DNA of 64,000 nucleotides, from positions 89,404,001 to 89,468,000 of the forward strand of contig NC_043000.1 in assembly GCF_006345805.1 (NCBI RefSeq). Reading direction: 5' to 3'. This document shows, one piece after another, positions 36,834 to 48,912 of this stretch. The notes under the pieces were generated by a model, which saw only the letters and a list, made by a program, of their open reading frames with translations, did no database searches and was not told where the DNA came from. Made by a program: the position numbers and the translations under genes. How positions within the stretch are numbered: the stretch's first letter is position 1; every line of letters starts with the position of its first letter. The DNA comes from Octopus sinensis. Taxonomy: Eukaryota.

Positions 36834-38765
36834 TTGACGAATCAAAATGGTGTCTTGGTAAACGAACCCGAGAAAATATGTGAGGTCTTTCGGGAGTACT
36901 TCGCCCAGCTGTTCGGGGATGACGGCGGTCCTGGTGGTGGGAGAGCCCTCGAGGACTTTCTTACCGGGATGCCGTTCCTCTCGGGGTCGGATGCGGAGTC
37001 TTGCGAAGGGCCAATCACATCTGAGGAGGTGATGGAGGCTTTGGCCGATTGTAAAGCGGGTAAGTCACCGGGACTTGATGGTCTTCCGTACGAGCTGTAT
37101 AAATGTATGCCAGACTTGTTCGGGCAACTACTGACTGACGTGTACGCGAACTGGAAACAGAATGGGTTTATCCCCAGATCTGTGCGTCGGGGAGTAGTGA
37201 CGTTGGTCAGAAAGGACCCAGACAAGGGGGACGTTCTAGAGAATTTCAGGCCCATCACTCTGTTAAACGCAGAAGTGAAGATTTTGGCCAAGGTTCTAGC
37301 AAAAAGGTTGGCGCGTGTCGCGAATGGTATAGTCGGGGAGGCACAGACATGTGCCATCCCAGGCAGAACCATTCAGGATACCCTCCATCTTATTCGCTAT
37401 ACCATAGAGAGGGTTGGTAATAAATCTGGCAAAGGTGGGGCATTGGTACATTTGGACCAGTCTAAAGCTTTTGATAGGGTTGACCATCGATACCTAGCGA
37501 CTGTACTTGCACGGTTTGGCCTGGGTCTTGGCTTCCTCAGGTGGTTTATCGCTTTGTACCACAACATTGACTCGATAGTTCGGGTGAACGGTTTCCTTTC
37601 GAAGCCGTTCTGCATCAGACGCTCGGTTCGTCAAGGATGTCCGCTTTCACCACTGTTGTATGTGATGGCTCTCGAGCCATTACTGCAAAGGTTGAGTGGC
37701 ATCCCGAGAGAACCAGGACTAGAGGAGTTTGTTACGGCTTTCGCGGATGATATCACTATCAGTGTAACCACAGTAGCATGCCTACGTGAAGTAGGTAAGA
37801 CTATTGAGGCTTACGAGGAGGTAGCAGGAGCAAAGATTAACCGGGAAAAGTCGGTCGGCTTGCAGCTCGGCACCTGGGTTGGCAAGTCGATGCCTTCAGA
37901 CAGTGTTGTTAGGCGCTGGACGGAGGGACCGGTTAAGTTGCTGGGAGTCTGGTTTGGACCAGGCCTCCAGATAGAGAAGAACTGGACGGAGATATTGAGC
38001 AGGGTGGCTGCAGTAGTCAAGACCTGTTCTTGGCGGTGGCTATCCCTGAAAGGGAGGGCGGAGGTGGCCAATGTGTTTATCGCATCGGTCATTACCTACC
38101 GCCTGACCGTCGTGCCCTGTCCGGATTCGTGGTTGACCAGGTTGGAGAGACAGCTCTTTCGCTTTTTGTGGAAGGGCAGGTCGCCACTTGTGAAACGCTC
38201 TGTCTGCAGTCAAAAGCCTTTAAAGGGAGGTTTAGGGATGCCTTGGTTAATGATGCGCAGACATGCGTTGAGGTTGAGGCACCTCTGGATTCTCCTGGAT
38301 AGTGAACGGGTGTGGTCTCCGCTAGCCAGACAAATGTTCCCTGAGTTCAAGAGTTTTTGCGAACAGGAAGCCTGGTGTTCTCGTAGACCGAGGTCGAGTG
38401 AGTGGCATAAAGAGTGCGGTAAGGCCCTCTTGCTGTTCCGGCGCTCGGGCAACGCCAGCGGTGGGGGTTCCACACAGATTTTATATAGTGGGTTGGTAGA
38501 GTCTGAATGCGACGATGGCCTGGGGTCGACTCTAGGTCTCGGATTTATTCAACTGGACAGCTTGTTTTATCGGACATTCGGGTTGAGAACGTTGGACAAC
38601 TTCCAAAAGTCCTTAACCTGGCAATGCTACAGAGGTGCCTTGCCCGTTTGGGATAAGCTCGCAAGACATGGTAAACGTCAGTCGCCGACCTGTCCAAGAT
38701 GCGGGGGGGACAGGGAAACCGTCCCTCACGCTATTGTTCAGTGTCCGGAGATAACTGAAATGTAG
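36834..38765 (+). CDS. Open 643-codon stretch of LINE ORF2: reverse transcriptase and C-terminal zinc finger (not an independent gene; no true ATG)
   Basis: Motifs KSPGLDGLPYELYK, FRPITLLN, DQSKAFDRVDH, VRQGCPLSPLLY, FADD and CPRCGGDRETVPHAIVQCP. It ends at a probable nonsense TAG, with homology continuing to ~39090. Confidence 0.85.
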   Translation: MTNQNGVLVNEPEKICEVFREYFAQLFGDDGGPGGGRALEDFLTGMPFLSGSDAESCEGPITSEEVMEALADCKAGKSPGLDGLPYELYKCMPDLFGQLLTDVYANWKQNGFIPRSVRRGVVTLVRKDPDKGDVLENFRPITLLNAEVKILAKVLAKRLARVANGIVGEAQTCAIPGRTIQDTLHLIRYTIERVGNKSGKGGALVHLDQSKAFDRVDHRYLATVLARFGLGLGFLRWFIALYHNIDSIVRVNGFLSKPFCIRRSVRQGCPLSPLLYVMALEPLLQRLSGIPREPGLEEFVTAFADDITISVTTVACLREVGKTIEAYEEVAGAKINREKSVGLQLGTWVGKSMPSDSVVRRWTEGPVKLLGVWFGPGLQIEKNWTEILSRVAAVVKTCSWRWLSLKGRAEVANVFIASVITYRLTVVPCPDSWLTRLERQLFRFLWKGRSPLVKRSVCSQKPLKGGLGMPWLMMRRHALRLRHLWILLDSERVWSPLARQMFPEFKSFCEQEAWCSRRPRSSEWHKECGKALLLFRRSGNASGGGSTQILYSGLVESECDDGLGSTLGLGFIQLDSLFYRTFGLRTLDNFQKSLTWQCYRGALPVWDKLARHGKRQSPTCPRCGGDRETVPHAIVQCPEITEM

Positions 38766-39333
38766 GCTTATGCTGAACATCTGTTGTCCGGCGAAGGAAG
38801 AGTACGGCTGTAGACTGAGTCAATCATAAAAATTGACCCACCGGGAGTTCTAACGAACGAAGGTAAGAATTGTTTTCTCACGGTTGTAGCAATAGCAAAA
38901 GAGGCAGTATGGAAGACTAGGATAAAAGGAATTAAGACAGGCAACTTTATCTCTGGTGACAATTTACGATCCTTTTTTTCTTTTCATTTGAAAAGGAAAC
39001 TGTGGCTGGAGAAGAGGTGTCTGTCAGAGTGTACGTTCCAAAAGAGATGGAAGTATGTTGCACGAGTGTTGTGCGTGCAAGGAACCGTGTGAATAGACGA
39101 GGAAAAAAAAAGGAAAAATAAGGTATCAGCGGTAGATCGGGGCTTGTGGGATCGGAGCGTAACTTGATCATCGCTTCATTTGTATTGTTTTTGTACTGTG
39201 TATTCCATTCGATTTTTATGTATTGTATTTTAGTTTTGAAGTCACATTTATTTAAAATCATATCGATTCACTGATCCCATCAGTTGTACTGTCCATATCT
39301 ATGTTTGGCCCCCGGTGGGCAATAAAGAAATTC

Positions 39334-39628
39334 GTATTTCGTCTGCCGTTACGTTCTGAGTTCAAATTCCTTTCGGGGTCAATAAATTTAGTACCAGTTA
39401 CGCACTGGGGGTCGATGTGATCGACTTCATCCGTTTGTCTGTCCTTGTTTGTCCTTTCTGTGTTTAGCCCCTAGTGGGTAGTAGAGAAATAGGTATTGCC
39501 GGGGTTGTATTTGCCTTTCATCCTTACGGGGTCGATAAATTAAGTACCAGTTGCGTGCTGGGGTCGATCGAATCGACTGGCCCTCTTCCCACAAAATTTT
39601 GGGCCTAGTTCCTAGAGTAGAAAAGAAT
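39334..39628 (+). mobile_element. Headless SINE family A dimer forming the 3' flank of the LINE
   Basis: Starts GTATTTCGTCTGCCG; tailed module, then a terminal body ending CCTAGAGTAGAAAAGAAT. Confidence 0.85.
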
Positions 39629-41479
39629 ATATGTTTCTTTTCTTGTTTGCTTCAGTTTTTATACGGGAAGTTTATGAAACAATATATTTCAATATGATAC
39701 TTGTAGGTTCCAACAAACGAGCTTCTACATGTCATTCGATTTTCGTAGGACAGCAGCCAGATATTAGAGCGTGATCTCCCTCTGACCACATTCTGATATT
39801 GCTAAAAGTTATAGACGTAATAAGAATAATAAATGAACGTGATTTTTGTTTTGGAACAGTGGATCTCGAAGTACATGAAACTATAAGAGTATGTATGTAT
39901 TGAGTTGAAAAACTCTTTTGAATTTCAGCTATAACTATCCCAAAGGGTTTTTCAACTTAATGTATATTGTTTTATGCGTTGCAGTCCAGTGGATTTGTTC
40001 CAAAATTAATCTCTAAAAGAATTTTTGAATTTATCACGGAGCTTTTGTCATAGACCTAGATGTATATGGTACAACCGAAAATATTACCATATTTTTGTAG
40101 TCATTCACTTGGTTGGTCAGGTGGAAATGACTTCATAAGTTCCAGTTACGATCATGGTTTAAAGCAGTGTACACAATTCGTTTGGTATTGAAACGTTTAT
40201 CAAGGATGATGAATTTGGAAGGCTATTATTTTTCTTTTCGGTAGTACTCTATACATGGGCGTAATAATTATACAAGACGTAATAAATTTGACTTTAATGC
40301 TTTTCATCGTATGTCTGTCAGATCAAGCAGATATATGATCAACAAAACAAACATTATGGCAGCACTATTTTTTTTTTAATTTTGAAATCTTTTGAATTAT
40401 ATAGCCAATTCAATTAGTTTATATAATTCTTCAATTTACAGTCATTATTCGTTTTGGCAAACGTGATTCTGTCTCCAATTCAAAATTTATGCGTCAAATA
40501 TCTAATTTAACTCGAATCATAATTAGATGAAATTTTAAGGAACGTAAATTATGATGCTAATGAAACCAATTTAACAGTAGAGAACTTTAGAGCTAATTTT
40601 GAATTTTAATATTATACTTTTTTAATTTTGCTAAAGATAATAATTATCAGAAGTTGTTTAATTAAAAATATGTAACTTAGCATTTGCATAACTTCTAGTG
40701 TATAAATGATAATAGATATATAGAGCTACATAGATACACATTAAGCAACCACGAAAATTGACTAAAATCGATATAGTATTTGAGAGGTAAATATAAAAAT
40801 ATCCGAGTCCAGTTTCGATCGGAAATATTTGTAATCTGGGATTTAGTTTTTCAGTCTTAAATCCAGTAGAATCTGAAATCTGGTTTTAACTGATCTAGTT
40901 TTAATCTGAAATCCAATACTGTACCAAATAGTTTTACTTCACGGCAACTTAAACAATGATGTAGTCGTGGCGGTGAGGATAAGAGGTTTGCTTCTCAAAC
41001 ATATGGTGTCGAGTTATATCTCGCAATGTTTGTTTCTACAAACTCAAGAAAACGAAATATGGAAGACGGGAACGTTTCTACGTCGAGCGTTCGTTCGTGT
41101 GAACGCGCGCACACACACGCACACACACATACTCATACTTATATCGATATATAAGGATAAGATCCAGGACAAGTGTAGTAAGTTGTAAGCTTTAAGCGGT
41201 CCGTGGCAGTTATAAAAAAAAAAAACGTCGACAGTGTACGATCAGCAAAAACAACAAATTATTGGCATCGAAGGTTACACACTTTTTCCCATAGAGAAGT
41301 TCCAAGGTATTTCGATAAGCTGCAAGTTTCTGTATAGCTCACGGTTAGCACATCAGAGAATCATCTACCTAAGCAACTTATGTAACCTGGATTTGCACAC
41401 TTTTAAATACGTGTACATATGTATGTTTGTGTGTGTGTGTGCGTGCGTGTGTGCGTGCGCGTGTTTGCGTGTGTGCACA

Positions 41480-42570
41480 CTAAATTCAGATACAATAGGA
41501 TATATAAATTCCACTTGCTATAAACAGAGCCATCACTCCAAAACTACCAATTACTATTAAGATACACACGGCTAATGCAATGAACATAACAGAAACAGGC
41601 TTACCTTAAGGTGGCGAGCTGGCAGAAACGTCAGCACGCCGGGCAAAATGCTTAGCGGTTTTTCTTTCTGAGTTCAAATTCCGCCGAGGTCGACTTTGCC
41701 TTTCATCCTTTCGGGGTCGATTAAATAAGTACCAGTTACGCGCTGAGGTCGATACAATCGAGTTAATTCGTTTGTCTGTCCTTGTTTGTCCCCTCTGTGT
41801 ATAGCCCCTTGTGGGCAGTAAAGAAATGGGTATTTTGTCTGCCGATACATTCTGAGTTCAAATTCCGCCGAGGTCGACTTTGCCTTTCATCCTTTCGGGG
41901 TCAATAAAATCAAGTAGCAGATGCGCACTGGGGTCGATATAATCGACTTAATCCGTTTGTCTGTCCTTGTTTGTCCTCTTTGTGTTTAGCCCCTTGTGGG
42001 TAGTAAAGAAATAGAAATAGGTATTTCGTCTGCCGCTACATTCTGAGTTCAAATTCCGCCGAGGTCGACTTTGCCTTTCATCCTTTCGGGGTCAATAAAA
42101 TCAAGTAGCAGATGCGCACTGGGGTCGATATAATCAACTTAATCCGTTTGTCTGTCCTTGTTTGTCCTCTCTGTGTTTAGCCCCTTGTGGGTAGTAAAGA
42201 ATTAGAAATAGGTATTTCGTCTGCCGCTACATTCTGAGTTCAAATTCCGCCGAGGTCGACTTTGCCTTTCATCCTTTCAGGGTCAATAAACTAAGTACCA
42301 GTTGCGTACTAGGGTCGATCTAATCGACTGGCCCCCTTCCCAAAAATTTCGTGGAATACAAAAGTAAGGCATGTGTATACCTCAGGATCAATTGATTTTG
42401 CCCTCTGTATGAAAAATCAGACTTTGAGCTCATCACCTGAAAATAACACTTTAAAATCTATTTCTGAAATATTCATCACCGTATGCGTTCGTTACTTTTA
42501 AATGTCCACGCGACATTCAAACGTGAGCCAGTATAAATTTTAATGAAATAAGTATTATTACCGTTATTAT
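41480..42570 (+). repeat. Interspersed repeat (same family as 54065-54710) split by the SINE A array
   Basis: ..GGCTTACCTT|SINE|GTGGAATACA.. here versus the uninterrupted CTAACCTTGCGTGGAATACA at ~54111-54130. Confidence 0.75.
41608..42350 (+). mobile_element. SINE family A head-to-tail array: one head, three tailed modules and one terminal body
   Basis: Junctions at 41829, 42020 and 42211 (period 191 bp), each AAAGAA..|GGTATTT. Confidence 0.9.
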
Positions 42571-42598
42571 TATATTATTATTATTATTATTATTATTA

Positions 42599-42629
<31 letters not shown>

Positions 42630-42708
42630 AATAATAATAATAATAATAATAATTATGATAATAATAATAATGATAATAATAATAATAATAATGATAATAA
42701 TAATAATG

Positions 42709-42747
<39 letters not shown>

Positions 42748-42820
42748 TGATAATAATAATAATAATAATTATGATAATAATAATATTAATAATAATAATG
42801 ATAATGATAATAATAATAAT
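42560..42820. repeat. (ATT)n/(AAT)n microsatellite with a strand flip
   Basis: Direct reading. Confidence 0.9.
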
Positions 42821-42899
42821 ATATCATTTTAAAGCCCGTTTTCGCTCTATCCAATTTGTTTCTCTTTTTCTTTTTGAATAATTAGGCCATTTTTTCTGG

Positions 42900-43485
42900 A
42901 ACGTTGGACAAAAAGCAAATTCGCACAGTTGTCTTATTCCAGTTCAAGCTAAGCCGAAAAGCTGCTGAAACAGCTCGCGATATCAACGATGCGTTTGGCC
43001 CATGAACCACCAATGAACGTACAGCACAATGGTGGTTCAAGAAATTTTGTAGTGGTGACGAAAGTCTTGAAGATTATAAGCGTAGTGGTCGGTCATCGGA
43101 TGTTGACAACGATCAGCTAAGAACTTTAGTCAAAGCCAATCCACGCACAACTGTTCAAGAGCTTGCTTCTGAATTAGACGTTACGTATACTACAATTACC
43201 AACCACTTGAAAGAGATTGGAAAAACAAAAAATATTTGAGAAATGGGTAACGCACGAATTGACAACCAAAAAAAAAACGCCATTTGAAGTCTCATCTGCC
43301 TTTTTTTATGCAACAAGAACGACCCGTTTCTCGACCGGATTGTGACTTGCGATGAAAAGTGGATTCTTTACGACAACCGGCGACACTCAGCTCAGTGGTT
43401 GGACGCCGACGAAGCTCCACGACACTTCCCGAAGCCAAAGTTGCACCAAAAGAAGGTCATGGTGACTGTTTGGTGGTCAGCGCGC
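42900..43485 (+). pseudogene. Mariner transposase remnant (cecropia/Hsmar1-like), 3'-truncated
   Basis: Peptides LDKKQIRTVVLFQFKLSRKAAETARDINDAFGP*TTNERTAQWWFKKFCSGDESLED..SGRSSDVDNDQL and [43 protein letters not shown]. Confidence 0.9.
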
Positions 43486-43977
43486 CGGTCTCATCCACAC
43501 CTTACCAGTAACATTAAGTGTGATTTCACACAAATGCTTACGCAAACATATACAGACGGACAGATAGACAGATATTGAGTGCGAGATGTTTTGGCACAGC
43601 CGTTTTTGCATCGCTAATTCGACACACACATTGGTTCTTTTAATGTTTCACTCGTTCTTGCCCCACATCTTTCTCTCTCTCTCACCCTCTTTCTCTCTCT
43701 TTCTCTCGCTCTCTCTCGCTCTCTCTCTCGTTTTCTCTCTCTCTCACCCTCTTTCTCTCTCTCTCTCTCTCTCTCTCGCTCTCTCTCTCTCTCTCGTTCT
43801 GTTTCACTTCGAGCTTTTGTGTGTGAACATAAATCACTCTGCGTGTATGTCGTGCTCAGTTAATAAAATGTAATGTCTCGTTCTCTGTCTCTCTTTCTCT
43901 CTCTCTTTCTCTCTCTGTCTCTCTCTTTCTCTCTCCCTCTTTCTCTCTCTCGCTCTTTCTCTCACTGTCCCTCTCTA

Positions 43978-44226
43978 CCGGTTCGATTCCCAGACCGGGC
44001 GTTGCGTTATTCTTGAGCAAAGTACTTCATTTAACGTTGCTCTGAGATCATTTCACGATCTGATATGTGGCACCCGTTGCACCTATACAAGTAATGTCGA
44101 TCTGATGGAGGGAGCGAGTTCATATCAACATAAACATTACAGCACTATAAACAAATCATCTGTGTGGTTGCTCGGTAAGAAATTGCCGAACACTCATACG
44201 TCATCTAACGAAGCGGGAGTCCATCA
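43978..44226 (+). mobile_element. Possible headless tRNA-derived SINE (family D)
   Basis: B-box-like GGTTCGATTCCC followed by TTCTTGAGCAAAGTACTTCATTTAACGTTGCT, similar to the family C centre; only one copy seen. Confidence 0.45.
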
Positions 44227-44237
44227 TATATATATAT

Positions 44238-44435
44238 ATATATATACATATATATATCAGTAGCCACTAAACACATTTTTTTCTCTCCTTGTTTTTTCTG
44301 TGTTCCTTTCTGTGGAAGAGCGTTGGCTCGAAACCTTAAAGATATTTTCAATTCCCGAGCGTTATATTAATACATCTCTTTGTTTTCTACACCACCTGTC
44401 TTCGTCTTTTGTTTATTTCGTGATTCTCCCTATAT
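44238..44435 (+). mobile_element. Short (AT)n-embedded element with variant hammerhead (degenerate copy)
   Basis: Homologous to 48912-49115 and 55458-55595; the core reads CTGTGGA-A-GAGC-GTTG-GCTC-GAAAC-CTT. Confidence 0.7.
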
Positions 44436-44689
44436 ATATTGAAATTCAGGATAAAATATTTTCTCCGGTAGTTAGCATGTACTAAACCGGTTAAAGTAAA
44501 ATCGATATATATATACATATAACTGTGTTAGAAGATATGACATGCTATCAAGTAAATTTTGGTCGGAAATTGCCATGCTAGCGAGCGGAATCCGAACTCT
44601 GATATATATTAATAGAAAATGTAATTTGAATTTTTAATCTTTACATAACGTACGCATGTTGCCAGCAGGCAACTGGCGCGCTTCCTTGG

Positions 44690-44745
<56 letters not shown>

Positions 44746-45139
44746 TTATATATATATAATTATGTATGCACTCTGTAAATAATTATAGCAATTAAGAATT
44801 GCATATCTGTGTTATGAGAGTGTAAAAAATATATCAGTTTGAAATACTTGTTTTACACACACATTTGTACATTTGTACACACACACAAACACACATACAG
44901 AAGAAAGAAAGTCAGTAACGAAGAATAAGAGAAAGAGAAGACTCAATCCCAGTAGAGAACTACTTTCCCAAACTTGAATAGGAGAAAGGTAGTCATCCAA
45001 GGCAAGGACGGAAACAACATTGATTTGGAACGACCACAGTAAAACTATCAATCTATACGGCCAAGCAACTACGCTAAGGACTCTATGCGTATGTATGTGT
45101 ACATATATATTTATATTCATATATATATATATATGTATG

Positions 45140-45170
<31 letters not shown>

Positions 45171-45288
45171 TATATTTATATATATAATATATATATATAT
45201 ATATTATATATATATATATATATATAAATATATATTTATATATATATATATAATTTATATATATATTTATATATATATATATATATTA

Positions 45289-45339
<51 letters not shown>

Positions 45340-45362
45340 TATATATATATATATATTTATAT

Positions 45363-45415
<53 letters not shown>

Positions 45416-45595
45416 TTATATATATATTTATATATAAATATATATATATTTATACTTATATTTATATATATTTATATTTATACATGCGCTTGTGTGTGAG
45501 TGTATCTCTCTTTCTATATATATATATGTGTGTGTGTGTGTGCGCGCGCGCGCGCGTGTGTGTATGTGTGTGTGTATGTATATACGTATATGTAT

Positions 45596-46678
45596 AAACT
45601 TTAAATTAAGAAAATGGAAAAAATTTTCAGGCAGATGGTTTTATCTAAAGACATTTAAATTATACATAATTCCTACCTACAACTGTTTCCATACACAATT
45701 CTTTAATTTCAGAAAGGAAATATCTCATACGATACCAGTAAATTATGTATATCCTAAGGGCAAATTTCTAAAGGAAATTTAACAACGTGTAGGCTAACCT
45801 ACAACAAACTCAGGAGTGTTTGCCATTGCTTAACGTTGGCGTTCGGTAGAAACCATTATTGCCACGTATATACAGAAACAAACACGTTCGACACATCCTT
45901 ACACGTGCAAATATGATAGACAATAGTTCAGTGATGGTGTTATGATAGTTAAGATATAGATATTTTTGAGAGAAAAAGAATAATAGATAAAACTAGTGAA
46001 TGGAGGAAAATGTCATAGATTAATTGTTAAGGTGAGAGCAGCTAGACACGACAATTCGTGGAAGATATGCCTGTCGATAATACTACAGATTAACGAAATA
46101 TATGATATCAAGCCCCACCGAACTCATTCCAAAATTGCTAAGTTAATCCAAGTTTGCGCAAATACACGGTCTATACATAACAAGTAAACACATATATACA
46201 TACCTATATATATATTAACAATTAATCTATAACATCTCCCCCGTTCACTAGTTTTATCTGCTATTCTTTTTCTCTCGAAAATATCTATATCTTAACTATC
46301 ATAACACCATCACTGAACTATTGACTATCATGTTTGCACGTGTAAGGATGTGTAGAACGTTTTTTTTTTCTGTATTTACGGAAAGCTTGCGTTAAGAAAA
46401 AACGAACTCTTCTGAGTGTGTCTTAAGTTAGCCTACACGTTGTTAAATTACCTTTAGAAATTCTCCCTGAGGATATACACAATTCACTAGTTTCCTATAT
46501 GGAATTTTATCTCTGAAATTAAAGAATTGTGTATGGAAACAGCTGTAGGTAGGACTTTCTATGTATAATTTGAGATAAAATCAACTATCTGAAAATGTCT
46601 TCCATTTTCTTCATTTCCTTGTTTTAAAATTTTAAAATCGTATATACCTATACAATTCGGTGATATACTTGGTTTACT

Positions 46679-46680
<2 letters not shown>
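45596..46680. mobile_element. Large fold-back element (arms ~45600-46035 and ~46205-46640)
   Basis: ~430-bp inverted arms; hammerhead-like core in the right arm and a degenerate one (CTTAGGA, AGTT) in the left arm. Confidence 0.75.
46465..46553 (+). ncRNA. Hammerhead-like motif with long stem II and weak stem I
   Basis: CC-CUGAGGA-UAUACACAAUUC-[38 nt]-GAAUUGUGUAUG-GAAAC-AGCU-GUA-GGUAGG; only 2 clear stem I pairs. Confidence 0.55.
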
Positions 46681-46716
<36 letters not shown>

Positions 46717-46717
<1 letters not shown>

Positions 46718-46719
46718 TG

Positions 46720-46804
<85 letters not shown>

Positions 46805-46810
46805 GTAGAC

Positions 46811-46850
<40 letters not shown>

Positions 46851-46860
46851 GATAGGTAAT

Positions 46861-46927
<67 letters not shown>

Positions 46928-46992
46928 GTAATTAGATAGATAGATAGATAGATAGATAGGTAATTAGATAGATAGATAGATAGATAGGTAAT

Positions 46993-47072
<80 letters not shown>
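46717..47072. repeat. (GATA)n microsatellite with GGTAATTA interruptions
   Basis: Direct reading. Confidence 0.95.
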
Positions 47073-47478
47073 GGCGCAGGAGTGGCTGTGTAGGAAGAAG
47101 CTTGCTTCGCAACGACACGGCACTGGTTTCAGTCCCACTGCGTGGAACCTTGGTTAAGCGTCTTTTATTATAGCCTCGCACTGACCAAAGACTTGTGAAT
47201 GGATTTGGCAGACGGAAACTGAAAGAAGCCCGTCCTGTATATATGTATGTATATATGTGTGTTTGTGTGTCTGTGCTTGTCTCCCCACCATCGCTTGACA
47301 ACTGATATTCGTGTGTTTACGTCCTGATAATTTAGCGGTTCGGCAACAGAGACCGATACAATAAGTACTAGGTTTACAAAGAAGTTCTGGGTTCGTTTTG
47401 TACGACTAAAGGCGGTGCTCCAACATCGCTGCAGTCAAATGACTGAAACAAGTAAAAGAGTAAAAGAATAAAAGAATA
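47073..47478 (+). mobile_element. SINE family B, full length
   Basis: tRNA-like head GGCGCAGGAGTGGCTGTGTAGGAAGAAG..GGTTTCAGTCCC, internal (AT/GT)n, and (AAAAGAAT)n tail. Confidence 0.9.
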
Positions 47479-48113
47479 TATCTTAGTGTACGTATTATGT
47501 CTCACGGGTGCATTTTGGGTACATATCCATAAATATTTATTCTTCAATATTTATGCATGCACTAGGTGATCCGTTCTCTTTCTCTCTCTCCTTACCACCT
47601 TTTTCTTTCTTTCTGCCTTTGTCGCTCTCTCTCCCTCTCTCCTTCTGTCTTTCTCTCTCAATATATATATATATATATATATAAATGTGTGTGTGTGTGC
47701 ATCTATGTATGAACTTGTTTATGTAATTATTCACGTTTAACTACTTTTGGAATCCTTTAAGTATATATTTTTTATTTGCATTACATCTCTGTTGTTTGCG
47801 TATGTAAATATGTACTAAATAATTATAAATCATTTGTCATATAGCTCTCTCTCTCTTTCTCTCTCTCCTTCTCTCCCTCTCTTTCTCTATTTTCTCCCTT
47901 TTCTCTCTCTCTATCTTTCTCTTTCTCTATTTACTGTCCACTAGATTAAAGCCTATACATTAATAAACAGATTATTGCGTACAGTGAGATGCCTGTTTAA
48001 GTCCACACTGACTTGTTTCTTTTACGTTGGATATAAATACACACACACACATATATATATACACTCACATAATGAAATGAGCATATATATATAAATGCAT
48101 ATTTATGTGTATA

Positions 48114-48146
<33 letters not shown>

Positions 48147-48147
48147 A

Positions 48148-48197
<50 letters not shown>

Positions 48198-48200
48198 CAT

Positions 48201-48271
<71 letters not shown>

Positions 48272-48431
48272 ATATATATGTATGTATATATATGTATATG
48301 TATGTATATATATATATGTATGTATGTATATACAATATATATATGTATGTATGTATATATATATATATGTATGTATGTATGTATATATATATATGTATGT
48401 ATGTATATACATATATATATATGTATGTATG

Positions 48432-48498
<67 letters not shown>

Positions 48499-48841
48499 TA
48501 AGTATGTATGTAAGTAATGTTTCGTATTCTCTTATATTCTCATTATTATGCATATCAGTATGACTATCTTACTTGGTTTTTGCCATTAATAACAGTTTAT
48601 CATATACAGATATTAAGATGAATATATGTAGTTATTCGTTTATATTTATATGTAAGTTGTTAATTAAGTATATTTTAAGCAAAAACAAACACAGCGTATG
48701 TAATTTTAAAATATTCTATTTATTTTGTAAGATGTAGACACGAACAATCATCCACAAACACAACACACACGTATCTGAATATATGTCCGAGTGCATATAT
48801 TTATGTGCAACTATGTTAGCTTCGTTAATCGTATTTATGTA

Positions 48842-48911
<70 letters not shown>

Positions 48912-48912
<1 letters not shown>

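Larger units (their letters stand above)
34064..39331 (+). mobile_element. Tx1/L1-clade non-LTR retrotransposon, near full length (~5.3 kb), decayed
   Basis: ORF1 with CCHC knuckle, APE endonuclease, RT, C-terminal zinc finger, and a 3' UTR ending GCCC-CCGGT-GGGC-AATAAAGAAA. Confidence 0.9.

Noticed and set aside
41608-42350. CRISPR-like array
   Set aside because: The 191-bp units are whole SINE bodies with no unique spacers; eukaryotic context and no cas genes.
47073-47150. tRNA genes at SINE heads (also 10826, 17930-18005, 41611, 50430-50505)
   Set aside because: A-box and B-box-like motifs exist, but I could not fold a full cloverleaf and each continues into a SINE body.
45085-48563. Long ORFs such as 45085-45597, 46648-47301 and 48065-48553
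   Set aside because: They are translations of (AT)n, (GATA)n and (TATG)n microsatellites (YIYI, LSIY) with no domain content.
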